From Dehalococcoidia bacterium (lineage in GTDB: Bacteria; Chloroflexota; Dehalococcoidia; UBA2979), in NCBI GenBank assembly GCA_004297315.1, contig SCTU01000205.1:1-37386 (forward strand): 37,386 nucleotides of DNA, given 5' to 3'. Under the pieces are notes generated by a model. The model worked only from the letters and a program-made list of their open reading frames with translations, was not told where the DNA came from and searched no databases. Of the stretch, positions 16,908-25,935 are shown piece after piece (position 1 is the stretch's first letter; every line of letters starts with the position of its first letter). The translations under genes and the position numbers were made by a program.

Positions 16908-17690
16908 TCAGGCCAGCGCCGCCCGCTCGCGTCCCGCGCCGCGGAAACCGAAGGCGACGGAGATGGCGCGGGCAGCCTCCAGCAGGGGCGGAAGGGCGCT
17001 CTCCACAAAGCCCTCCGAGTAGTCGTCGCAGTGGCACGAGACGCCTACCGCGGCGACGAGACGCCCCGAGCCGTCGACCACCGGGGCGCCGACGCCACAC
17101 ACCTCATCTTGATGCTCACCGCAATTCGTCGCGTATCCCCGCCGCCGGATGCCCTCCAACTCGGTCCGAAGTCGGTCCGGGTCCGCGATTGTGGCGGTTG
17201 TGTAGCTCACCAGATCTGCCTGCAGCACTCGTTCGATCTCCACGGTCGGCTGGAAGGCAAGGGCGACTTTCCCGACCGCGCTGCAATAGGCGGGTGAGCG
17301 TGCGGCGACCGGCTGGGCGACGCAGTCCTCGCCGTGAAGGACGGCCCTCGCGATCGCTAAGACGTCTCCTTCGTCGTATACGGCCAACACCGTCAAGCGG
17401 TTGAGCCGTCTGGCCAGCCGCTGCAGCGACGGCATCGCTAGCTCGTACACACGGGTAGTCTGAGGCGCGCGCATCGCGAGTTCCCACAGCGCGGGGCCGA
17501 GCCTGTAGCGCGCGTTGTCGAGGTTCTGTGCGACATATGCATGCTCGCGGAGTTTCGCCAGCACGCGGTGAGCGCTCGTCCTCGGCATCAGAAGTTCACC
17601 ACTGATCTCCTGGAGGGACATCTCTCCGCGGTCGGCAAGGAGTTCGACGACGGCCAGCGCCTTACCGACCGACTGGAGACTCTCGCGCAT
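16908..17690 (-). CDS. IclR-family transcriptional regulator
   Basis: HTH SLQEISGELLMPRTSAHRVLAKL, followed by an IclR effector domain (GKVALAF...YATNCGEHQDEVCGVGAPV). The track ORF extends to 17843. I prefer the ATG at 17690 (MRESLQSVGKALAV); ATG 17747 is also possible. Confidence 0.85.
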   Translation of the reverse strand: MRESLQSVGKALAVVELLADRGEMSLQEISGELLMPRTSAHRVLAKLREHAYVAQNLDNARYRLGPALWELAMRAPQTTRVYELAMPSLQRLARRLNRLTVLAVYDEGDVLAIARAVLHGEDCVAQPVAARSPAYCSAVGKVALAFQPTVEIERVLQADLVSYTTATIADPDRLRTELEGIRRRGYATNCGEHQDEVCGVGAPVVDGSGRLVAAVGVSCHCDDYSEGFVESALPPLLEAARAISVAFGFRGAGRERAALA

Positions 17691-17797
17691 CTCGCTCAAA
17701 CCTAACGTTACTCGCTCACTCGTTCGACATAGATTCGGGCCGTTCATCCCTCGCGAGATCGGCTTGGAACGCTGCGCTGACGCCTGACCCCACGCCA

Positions 17798-17825
17798 TTG
17801 ACAAGTTCCATCTCGATGCTAACTT
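17798..17825 (+). promoter_or_regulatory. Sigma-70-like promoter candidate (TTGACA-16 nt-TAACTT) facing the XRE/crotonase genes
   Basis: A perfect -35 hexamer at 17798-17803 and TAACTT at 17820-17825. It lies in the IclR/XRE divergent region. Confidence 0.3.
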
Positions 17826-17987
17826 ACCGCCGAAATTCCACATTGTGAACTCCCCCGTCCGTGATGCGGAACGCGTTCACCAAAACCGAGAGGTGGAGAC
17901 GGCCTGACCCAGACCAGGACAGGCCGCAAACGTATTCCCGAGGGGAAAACCGTGTCGGGGTCCCGACCAGAGTGAGGAGGTGTGGAG

Positions 17988-18257
17988 ATGACGAGTCACC
18001 GGGAACGAGCATTCCGGCAGGAAGTCGGGCGCCGGCTGCGTACCCGACGTGAGTCTCTTGGCCTCACGCAGGAAGAGATCGCGTGGGAGGCGGGCGTGGC
18101 GCAAGGCTCCATCTCCCACTACGAACAAGGCAAGAGCGAGATACCGCTCGGCGTTTTGATCGAGATCTGCCGCAGGTTCGGAGTTTCGCCGCTCGAAATC
18201 GTCCCGTCGCTTGGCACCGCAGCACCGGAACCGGGGTTCACCGCACGCGCCTCGTAG
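17988..18257 (+). CDS. XRE-family helix-turn-helix transcriptional regulator
   Basis: GAGGAGG lies 7 nt upstream of the ATG at 17988. The HTH is LGLTQEEIAWEAGVAQGSISHYEQGKSEIPLGVLIEICRRFGVSPLEI. Confidence 0.8.
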   Translation: MTSHRERAFRQEVGRRLRTRRESLGLTQEEIAWEAGVAQGSISHYEQGKSEIPLGVLIEICRRFGVSPLEIVPSLGTAAPEPGFTARAS

Positions 18258-18288
18258 CGACCGGGCAGCGACGGACTGGAGACCGCTC

Positions 18289-19197
18289 ATGTATGACGAC
18301 ATTCTGTACGAAGAAGAGGGCCGGCTCGCGTACATCACGTTGAACCGCCCGGAGAAGCTCAACGCACTCTCGAACAACCTCCGCGGCGAGCTCATGCACG
18401 CGATGAAGCGTGCCGAGGGCAATGCCGAGATCGGGGTGATCATCCTTCGCGCGAACGGTCGGGCGTTCAGTTCGGGTTATGACTTGACGCCGACTCGCCT
18501 TGCGACGAGTGGGTCCGAGTTCGTCCATCCGCTGTCGCTGCTGCCTGACACAGGCTCGACACATCCGGGGCCCGGCCAGTGGGCGCGCCACGTGGTGATG
18601 ACGAACTGGACCATCTGGGAACTCGCGAAGCCAGTGGTGGCCCAGATTCACGGCTACTGTCTCGCGGGCGGGACCGAGTTGGCCTCGATCTGCGACTTCC
18701 GGATTGTGGCCGAGGACGCGCAGGTCGGGTATCCGCCGGTCCGGGCGATGTCGACTATGGACATGCTGTGGACGCCTTGGCTCCTTCCGCCCGCGAAGGC
18801 GCGCGAGTTCGCGTACGTAGGGGACTCGATCTCGGGACGCGAGATGGAGCGACTGGGGTGGGCAAACTACGCCGTGCCAAAAGAGCAACTCGCGCAGTTC
18901 ACCGTCGATTTCGCACGGCGCATGGCGCATATCGACAACGACATGCTGATGTATTCGAAGCGCGCCGTGAACCGGCAGTACGAGGCGATGGGGATCCGCG
19001 CGGGCCTGTGGTCCGGGACGGAGATACAGGCATTGAGTGCGGCCCGCCCGGCAGCCGCCGAATGGGGCCGCCACGTGCGCGAGGAGGGGCTCAAGGCAGC
19101 GCTCGAGTGGCGCGACGGCCCGTTCCGAGACTTTCGCGGCGCATACGCTAGCGCGCCTGCAGACCGCCCGCTCGCGAGCGGCGACAGCGCGCGATGA
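18289..19197 (+). CDS. Enoyl-CoA hydratase/isomerase (crotonase) family protein
   Basis: Track ORF 18211-19197. I prefer the ATG at 18289 (MYDDILYEEEGRLAYITLNRPEKLNAL), with GGAGA upstream. Also present are GRAFSSGYDL and the oxyanion-hole region IHGYCLAGGTELA. Confidence 0.85.
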   Translation: MYDDILYEEEGRLAYITLNRPEKLNALSNNLRGELMHAMKRAEGNAEIGVIILRANGRAFSSGYDLTPTRLATSGSEFVHPLSLLPDTGSTHPGPGQWARHVVMTNWTIWELAKPVVAQIHGYCLAGGTELASICDFRIVAEDAQVGYPPVRAMSTMDMLWTPWLLPPAKAREFAYVGDSISGREMERLGWANYAVPKEQLAQFTVDFARRMAHIDNDMLMYSKRAVNRQYEAMGIRAGLWSGTEIQALSAARPAAAEWGRHVREEGLKAALEWRDGPFRDFRGAYASAPADRPLASGDSAR

Positions 19198-19525
19198 CGC
19201 CAGTCAGACAACCGCGCCTGCTGAGGCGGCCCGTCGCTGCACCTTTGATTCGCCTCGCCCGCGAAGAGATCGCAGCGATCGCGGCTGGGATCCGGTCGAG
19301 CCCCTCTGTTCGAGGCACGGTCACGCCGCACGCGCACAGGCACGGCATATGGAGTGCAGCCTGGTACTCGGAACGGGCGTGGCATCAATCGCGTCGCGCC
19401 TACCACGCTCACGACATCAGTCGACCAATCGAACGACCCGCCGGGCACCGCGGCATCAAATCCCTGATTGTCATCATCTGAGCGGGAGCGCCATAGTGCC
19501 GCGCATTCGAGCCCAATTCGTCACA

Positions 19526-19542
19526 TGGCGATGACATCGCCA
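19526..19542. promoter_or_regulatory. 17-bp palindrome TGGCGATG-A-CATCGCCA upstream of the solute-binding protein gene (candidate operator)
   Basis: Perfect 8-bp arms with a 1-nt spacer, 40 nt upstream of the ATG at 19582. It sits in a 384-bp non-coding region, and a weak TTGTCA-18-CATAGT promoter candidate is at 19468-19497. Confidence 0.3.
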
Positions 19543-19581
19543 CCCGGGGGACGACGACCGCGGCTTCAAGGGGGACGATCC

Positions 19582-21405
19582 ATGGACACGGCAAACTACT
19601 GGACCGCAAGGCGAGTCACGCGTCGGAGCGCCCTGACCGGCGCCGGTGTCGTCCTGGCCGGCCTCGGCGGCGCCGCCCTTGTGGGTTGCGGCTCGAACGA
19701 CAAGGGTTCATCGGGTGGCGATGGAGGATCGGGCGGAGGGGGCGGCGGAGCGTCCGGCGGAGGCGGCGGTGCGCCCAGCCTGCCTCGCGCGCCCGGATTC
19801 CCGGGTGAGAAGTTCGGGCAGGTGCCGGTCAACAAGAAGGCGCGTGTCATGGGGGGCACGCTCAACATGCCCGGCTCGGACCGGGCCCTCGGCGGTCGCA
19901 CCATGGACCCCGATGTCTCCGGGTTCTTCGCGCCGGCCGAATACGTGAACGACCGCCTGGTCTACCCCGCCGGATGGACGGAGGAACTGAAGTTCGACCT
20001 CCTCCAGTCATTTGAATGGAAGGGGACGACGGAGCTCGTCCTGAAGATCCGGCCGGGTGTGAAGACGCACAACCGTCCTCCGACAAACGGCCGCATCGTG
20101 GACGCCGAGGATGTGGCGTTCAGCATCAACCGGAAGGCCGGCGTCCTTGATCCGAAGGCCGCCCAGAAGTACCCGCGAAGGGCCTACTTCACCGGCCTCG
20201 AGCGGGCCGAAGCGGTCGACCCTGTGACGGTCCGAGTGAAGCTGAGCAGCCCGAACGCCTCGCTGATGAACGCCTTCGCGGACATCCGGCAGGGGATCCA
20301 ACTCAAAGAGCTGGAAAAGTGGGACTTCAAGGACATGACGAAATTCCCGGGCTTCGGCCCGTGGATGATCGTCGAGGACATCGACTCGGTCCGCGCCACA
20401 TTCGCGCCGCACCCGGACTACTACCGGAAGGACGAGGAGGGCGGCCGGCCTTCGTTCGAGAAAATGGTGCTTCAGGCCTACCCGGACCGCGCCGCGGCGC
20501 TCGCGGCATTCATCACCGGTGAGACCGACACCCTGCAGCAGGTGGCGCCCCAGGAGGACGCGCAGGTGACCGCCAGCGTCAAGGGCGCCCTCAGGTATCG
20601 CAGTCCCAGCGCGACGATTACGCATGTGAACATTAACCCCAACAAGATCACGGCGTTCCAGGACCAGCGCGTGCGCAAGGCATGGCTCTACGCGCGCGAC
20701 TTCAAAGCGATCGGCGACCCGATCTCAGCACCCGGCTGGATGTACAGCGGGCCGTTCCACCCGATGCATGACCCCTCGCGGACGTCAGACGAGATCAAGA
20801 AGTTCCGCGGCTACAACCCGGACACCAAGGCAGCCGACATCGCGGAAGGGGTGAAGCTGCTTGACGCCGCGGGCTACCCACGGGGCAAGGGGATCGCGTT
20901 CAAGATCTGGAGCGGCGGCGCGACCGGACGCAACTTCGAATCCGGCGAGCGAGTCCGTGACCAGTTGATCAAGGCGTACCCCGAGATGAAGGTGACGCTG
21001 AATCCGGCCCCGGACACCGCGACGTTCAACGCCAAGTTGAACGACGGCGACTTCGAGTCGCTGGCGCACGACTTTGCTCAGGTCCCAGACGTCGCCCTGA
21101 ACGGGATGACGTACTACCACTCCGCCGGCGGTCGCAACTACGCGAAGATCAAGGAGCCATGGATCGACGAGGCCATGGTCAAGATCTTGCAGGCCCTCGA
21201 CCCCAAGGAGCGCAAGCAACTGGTCAGCGACTTCGAAGAGAAGTACATCGACTGGGGCCCGCCCATCCTGAACAACGCGGTCGTCATGACCGACCACGCG
21301 TTCCAGGCCAACATCGGCGGTGCAGACCTCATCGCCGGAACGTGGCAGTACTTCTACACGCTTGGTTACGGCGGGCTGCAGCGGTGGCTCTGGCGCACGA
21401 AGTGA
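19582..21405 (+). CDS. ABC transporter substrate-binding lipoprotein, family 5 (peptide/opine/nickel type), with a Tat-type signal
   Basis: Track ORF 19468-21405. I prefer the ATG at 19582, with AAGGGGGA upstream. It has the twin-arginine motif TRRSALTGAG, the lipobox LVGCGS, and then a Gly/Ser linker. The mature domain is about 560 aa, typical of family-5 solute-binding proteins. Confidence 0.85.
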   Translation: MDTANYWTARRVTRRSALTGAGVVLAGLGGAALVGCGSNDKGSSGGDGGSGGGGGGASGGGGGAPSLPRAPGFPGEKFGQVPVNKKARVMGGTLNMPGSDRALGGRTMDPDVSGFFAPAEYVNDRLVYPAGWTEELKFDLLQSFEWKGTTELVLKIRPGVKTHNRPPTNGRIVDAEDVAFSINRKAGVLDPKAAQKYPRRAYFTGLERAEAVDPVTVRVKLSSPNASLMNAFADIRQGIQLKELEKWDFKDMTKFPGFGPWMIVEDIDSVRATFAPHPDYYRKDEEGGRPSFEKMVLQAYPDRAAALAAFITGETDTLQQVAPQEDAQVTASVKGALRYRSPSATITHVNINPNKITAFQDQRVRKAWLYARDFKAIGDPISAPGWMYSGPFHPMHDPSRTSDEIKKFRGYNPDTKAADIAEGVKLLDAAGYPRGKGIAFKIWSGGATGRNFESGERVRDQLIKAYPEMKVTLNPAPDTATFNAKLNDGDFESLAHDFAQVPDVALNGMTYYHSAGGRNYAKIKEPWIDEAMVKILQALDPKERKQLVSDFEEKYIDWGPPILNNAVVMTDHAFQANIGGADLIAGTWQYFYTLGYGGLQRWLWRTK

Positions 21406-21520
21406 CGGACGGGACGCCCGCGGAGAGGCATGCCATGGCGTGAGGGGACACGAGTCGCCAGGTGTTGGACGATGGGCGACGGCTTGGCTCAGCGGAACGG
21501 TGGGGACAGGACCAGACCTC

Positions 21521-22465
21521 GTGATCAAGTACGCCGCAACGCGACTTCTGGGGATGGTGCCGACCGTCCTGATCCTGTTGTTCCTCGCCGTCGTCATGAT
21601 CGACTTCATCCCGGGCGACATCGTCGATCTCATGATGGAGGGGAACCCGAGCCCAGAGCATCGGGCCGAGATCGAGACAGCGCTTGGACTGGACCGTTCG
21701 CTCGTCGTCCGCTACGTCGAATACGTGCGCGGCCTCTTGGTTGGGGACTTCGGCACTTCGCTCTGGAACAAGCAGCCCATCCTGCCGGAACTGCTCCGTC
21801 GCGTGCCTGTCACGATCGAGATCGCGATCCTCGCAACCGTGATCGGGACGGCGACGGGGGTATTGCTCGGCGTGCTGTCGGCGTTGCGTCAGGACGGACC
21901 GCTCGATTACGTGCTTCGGAGCATCTCGATCCTGGGCATCAGCTTCCCGAGTTTCGCGATTGCCACGCTCGTCGTGATCATGCCGGCGATCTGGTGGGGC
22001 GTCTCCCCGACGCTCAGATATGTTGGGTTCAGGGAGGACCCCCTGGGGCACCTCATGATCATCCTCGTGCCATCAATCGTGCTCTCGTTCAACCTCACAG
22101 CCTCCATCATGCGCCTGAGCCGGACGACCATGCTGGACGTGCTGCGCCAGGACTACATCCGTACGGCGAGGGCAAAAGGGCTCACGACCTCACAGGTGAT
22201 GCTCCGCCATGCCTTGAAGAACGCGATGATCCCCGTGATCACACTGACCGGACTGCAGATCGCGTTCCTGATCGGCGGCTCCGTCATTGTGGAAAGCGTC
22301 TTCGTCATCCCGGGGCTGGGCCGCTACCTGCTGACTGCCGTGAACCAGCGAGATTACCCGGCCTTCCAGGCGATCGTGGTCCTGCTCGGCATCTTCGTGA
22401 TGGGGGTGAACCTCTTGGTCGATCTCTCCTACGCCTGGTTCGACCCGCGCATCCGGATGAGCTAG
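21521..22465 (+). CDS. ABC transporter permease (DppB/OppB-like)
   Basis: Track ORF 21320-22465. I prefer the GTG at 21521 (VIKYAATRLLGMVPTVLILLFLAVVMIDFIPGD), a typical N-terminus. The conserved loop is YIRTARAKGL. Confidence 0.85.
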   Translation: MIKYAATRLLGMVPTVLILLFLAVVMIDFIPGDIVDLMMEGNPSPEHRAEIETALGLDRSLVVRYVEYVRGLLVGDFGTSLWNKQPILPELLRRVPVTIEIAILATVIGTATGVLLGVLSALRQDGPLDYVLRSISILGISFPSFAIATLVVIMPAIWWGVSPTLRYVGFREDPLGHLMIILVPSIVLSFNLTASIMRLSRTTMLDVLRQDYIRTARAKGLTTSQVMLRHALKNAMIPVITLTGLQIAFLIGGSVIVESVFVIPGLGRYLLTAVNQRDYPAFQAIVVLLGIFVMGVNLLVDLSYAWFDPRIRMS

Positions 22466-22501
22466 CGCACGTCAATGGCGGAGACGCGAGGAGTTGACTA
22501 G

Positions 22502-23407
22502 ATGGTTCTCGAGATCACAGCCCCGTCCGGCACGGACGATCGAGGAGCGGCCGTCGCGACGCGAGGGTGGCTCGGCCGGGCCGCGCATCTCGCGCACAAG
22601 AAACCGCTCGGTGCCTTCGGCGCCGTTGTGATGGTCCTCTTCATACTCGCGGCCGTGTTCGCGGACGCGGTCGCCCCCTATTCACCGCTCGAACACGGTG
22701 CGACGCGGCTGGCGGCGCCGTCGAGCGCGCACCTGGCTGGCACAGACCAGTATGGCCGGGATGTCCTGAGCCGCGTCGTCTTTGGCGCGCGCACCTCGCT
22801 GTATGTCGGTGTCGTCGCAACAATCCTGTCGATGGTGCCCGCGGTCCTGCTAGGCATGTCCTCTGCCTTCTTCGGAGGCTGGTACGACTACCTGATCCAG
22901 CGGTTCGTGGACACGATTCAGGCGCTCCCCGGCCTCGTCCTCCTCATCACGATCCTCGTGATCCTCGGGCCGGGGCTGTGGAACGTGATCATCGCGCTTT
23001 CGTTCAACCGCGCCATCGTGGGCAGTCGGGTCATGCGAGGCGCGACGATGGCGATCAAGAGCGAGGTGTACATCGAGGCTGCGCATGCCACGGGGGCCAC
23101 GAACCTGAGGCTGATCCTGCGTCACCTGCTTCCGAACATCGCCCCGACGATCATCGTGGTGTACTCGCTCGGCTTCGGCACCGTGATCCTGTCCGAAGCC
23201 TCACTGAGTTTCCTCGGGTACGGCATCCCGCCCCCCACGCCCTCCTGGGGCGGCATGCTCGCGGCAGACGGCCGGTCGTACATGTTTGGCGCGCCCTGGA
23301 TGCTCTGGGCACCGACGCTTGCGCTCGCGATCGTGATCTTCGCCGTCAACATGTTCGGGGACGCCATCCGCGACCTGCTGGACCCGCGCATGAGGGGCGC
23401 TGGGTAG
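22502..23407 (+). CDS. ABC transporter permease (DppC/OppC-like)
   Basis: GAGGAG lies upstream of the ATG at 22502. It has the motif YIEAAHATGAT and a multi-TM profile. Confidence 0.9.
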   Translation: MVLEITAPSGTDDRGAAVATRGWLGRAAHLAHKKPLGAFGAVVMVLFILAAVFADAVAPYSPLEHGATRLAAPSSAHLAGTDQYGRDVLSRVVFGARTSLYVGVVATILSMVPAVLLGMSSAFFGGWYDYLIQRFVDTIQALPGLVLLITILVILGPGLWNVIIALSFNRAIVGSRVMRGATMAIKSEVYIEAAHATGATNLRLILRHLLPNIAPTIIVVYSLGFGTVILSEASLSFLGYGIPPPTPSWGGMLAADGRSYMFGAPWMLWAPTLALAIVIFAVNMFGDAIRDLLDPRMRGAG

Positions 23408-23510
23408 GATGCGATCCCCCGCGATGCCGGAATGCGTGACGGCGCCGGCGTCGCGGGCCGTGCCGTCCGGGCCTGGCGCAGGCGCGGACAGCACGAGGTA
23501 AGGGGGTCCG

Positions 23511-25877
23511 ATGGCCGGTGCGCTGACCGGATTCACGGTCGTCGACTGCAGCGAGGGCGTGGCGGGTGGATACGCTGGGCGTCTGCTCGCCGACCTCGGC
23601 GCGCGCGTCGTGAAGGTGGAGCCGCCCGGCGGTGAACGGCTGCGCTGGCTTGGCCCGTTTCGGGGGGACAAGCCAGACCGCGAGCAGGGCGGCCTGCACC
23701 TGGCGCTAAACGCCGGCAAGGAAAGCGTCGTCGTCGACCTGGACACGCCGGAGGGCCAGCAACGGTTCCGCACGTTGGCAGACGGAGCCGACCTCGTCCT
23801 CGAGAGCGCGGGGCCGGGCGTGATGGCGTCGCGCGGTCTCGGCTATGAAGCGCTCAGCGACGGGCATGCCGCCCTCGTGTATGCCTCTCACTCTCCGTTC
23901 GGCTCGGACGGGCCCTACGCGAAACGGGCGACGAGCGAAATCGTCGACTATGCCATGGGCGGCTACATGTACTTCAGCGGGCATCCGGAACGCGCGCCGC
24001 TGCTGGTACCCGGGCATCAGGGCGAACTCCACGCGGGCATGCAACTCGCGTGCGGCGCGGTGATCGCGCTGTGGCACGCGCTGCGAAGCGGTGCAGGGCA
24101 ACACGTCGACGTCTCCACGTTCGAGTCGATGCTCAACGCGCACTCCTGGTTGACCACGCAGTGGACTCATGAAGGGGAGATCGCCGGGCGCACGGAGTCC
24201 GTAATCATCCCGTGCGCGGACGGCGCGATCTTCTGGATGGGCGGTGCCGCCAGCACCGACGTCTTCTTGTTGATGGATCGTCCCGACCTCATCGCGGACC
24301 CACGCTGGAGCACGGTGGCCGGCTGGCGCGAGGCGGCGCCCGAGGTACGCGCGATGCTGGCGTCCTGGGCGAGCGACAAGTCGAAGCATGAGATCTATCA
24401 CCTGGCGCAGCAGCTACGTGTCCCGCTCACCCCGGTCAATACGGTCGAGGACCTCGCCTGTTCCGAGCAGTTCAACGTGCGGGGCTGGTGGCGGCGAGTC
24501 GATCACCCCGCCGCCGGTCAGGTCGAATTGCCGGGGCCACCGTGGCTATTTTCGGAGACTCCTGCGCGTGTCTCATCCGCCCCGCTGCTCGATTCCAGCG
24601 CGGGGATCTCGCTCCCCCAGCGGGCAGCGGCGGAAGGGACGCCGGGGCGAGCGGCGCGCGCCCAGCCGTTTGAGGGCCTGCGCGTCCTTGAAGTGACGGC
24701 TAACTGGGCAGGACCGCTCGCCGGTCGCCACTTTGGCGACATGGGTGCCGACGTCATCAAGTTCGAGGTCGGGCGGCGGCCGGCGACCCGCGGCGGACAC
24801 CCTGCCGGGCGTGAAGCCTGGACCACTCCGTACAACCGCTCCGGCTACTTCAATCTCTTCAACCGCAACAAGCGCGACCTGGTGATGGACCTCTCCACGC
24901 CGCAGGGTCGGGAACTGTTCCTGCGGCTCGTCGAGGATGCCGACGTCGTCGTCGAAAACAACAGCGCGCGCGTCTTCCCGCAGTTCGGGCTCGACTACGC
25001 CACGCTTGCCGCGCGAAACCCACGCATCGTCATGTGCTCGATGTCAGGGTTCGGCGCCTTTGGGCCGGAGCAACACTACGTCGCCTACGGAGCCAACATC
25101 GAGGCGTCCGGCGGGCTGGTGGCCGTCACGGGCTACGGCGACGGGGTGCTCTACCACACTGGCTCGTTCTACGCCGACCCGATCACGGGAACGCAGGGCG
25201 CGCTCGGAATCGTGGCGGCGCTGATCGCGCGCGAACGCAGCGGCCACGGCCAGTACATCGACATGGCACTGCAGGAGTCAGGCGCAGCCTTCCAGGTCGA
25301 GGCGATCATGGACTATCGCCTCAACGGCCGCGTGGCGGGGCCGATGAACAACCGCTCCCGCCGGATCGCTCCGCAAGGCGCGTACCGTTGCGCGGGCAGC
25401 GACGGCTGGGTCGCCATCGGCGTGGAGACCGACGACCAGTGGGCGGCGCTCGTGTCTGTGATCGGACGTCCAGAACTCGCGGAGACGTTTCCGGACGTCA
25501 CGGCACGGCTCGCAGCGCAGGACCAGATCGATGAAGCCATCGGCGCCTGGTCCTTGCAGTTCGACCACAACCGGGCCACCGCGCTCCTCCAGAGTGCTGG
25601 AGTGCCATCCGGACCGGTGCTGGCCAACTGGGAGATCGTGAGCGACCCGCATCTGTACCGCAGGGGCTACTTCGTCGACGTCGTCCATCCCGAGGTGGGG
25701 CACCACCGGTGGGACGGCTATCCGTGGCAATTGTCGCGGACGCCCGGCCAGGTGCGACGGCCGGCGCCGCTTTTCGGCGAGCACAACGACGACGTCCTGC
25801 AAAACACACTTCGGCTGTCCCACGAAGAGATCGCAGCGCTCCGAAGCGATGGGGTCGTAGCTGACGCACCGCTCTAG
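23511..25877 (+). CDS. Tandem-fused family-III (CaiB/BaiF) CoA-transferase, two complete modules in one 788-aa chain
   Basis: Module 1 starts LTGFTVVDCSEGVAGGYAGRLLADLGARVVKVEPPGG. Module 2 starts near 24664 with PFEGLRVLEVTANWAGPLAGRHFGDMGADVIKFE. The two are joined by a Pro/Ala/Gly linker. Confidence 0.85.
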   Translation: MAGALTGFTVVDCSEGVAGGYAGRLLADLGARVVKVEPPGGERLRWLGPFRGDKPDREQGGLHLALNAGKESVVVDLDTPEGQQRFRTLADGADLVLESAGPGVMASRGLGYEALSDGHAALVYASHSPFGSDGPYAKRATSEIVDYAMGGYMYFSGHPERAPLLVPGHQGELHAGMQLACGAVIALWHALRSGAGQHVDVSTFESMLNAHSWLTTQWTHEGEIAGRTESVIIPCADGAIFWMGGAASTDVFLLMDRPDLIADPRWSTVAGWREAAPEVRAMLASWASDKSKHEIYHLAQQLRVPLTPVNTVEDLACSEQFNVRGWWRRVDHPAAGQVELPGPPWLFSETPARVSSAPLLDSSAGISLPQRAAAEGTPGRAARAQPFEGLRVLEVTANWAGPLAGRHFGDMGADVIKFEVGRRPATRGGHPAGREAWTTPYNRSGYFNLFNRNKRDLVMDLSTPQGRELFLRLVEDADVVVENNSARVFPQFGLDYATLAARNPRIVMCSMSGFGAFGPEQHYVAYGANIEASGGLVAVTGYGDGVLYHTGSFYADPITGTQGALGIVAALIARERSGHGQYIDMALQESGAAFQVEAIMDYRLNGRVAGPMNNRSRRIAPQGAYRCAGSDGWVAIGVETDDQWAALVSVIGRPELAETFPDVTARLAAQDQIDEAIGAWSLQFDHNRATALLQSAGVPSGPVLANWEIVSDPHLYRRGYFVDVVHPEVGHHRWDGYPWQLSRTPGQVRRPAPLFGEHNDDVLQNTLRLSHEEIAALRSDGVVADAPL

Positions 25878-25935
25878 GTGCCGACGGGCCGGGATGAGGT
25901 AGCCGCCAGCGGGGCGCTGGGTGGAGGAGACAACG

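Noticed and set aside
19700-19780. GGC/GGA-rich repetitive stretch that could be taken for a tandem repeat.
   Set aside because: It encodes the Gly/Ser linker (SSGGDGGSGGGGGGASGGGGGAPS) after the lipobox of the binding protein. This is a low-complexity coding region, not a repeat element.
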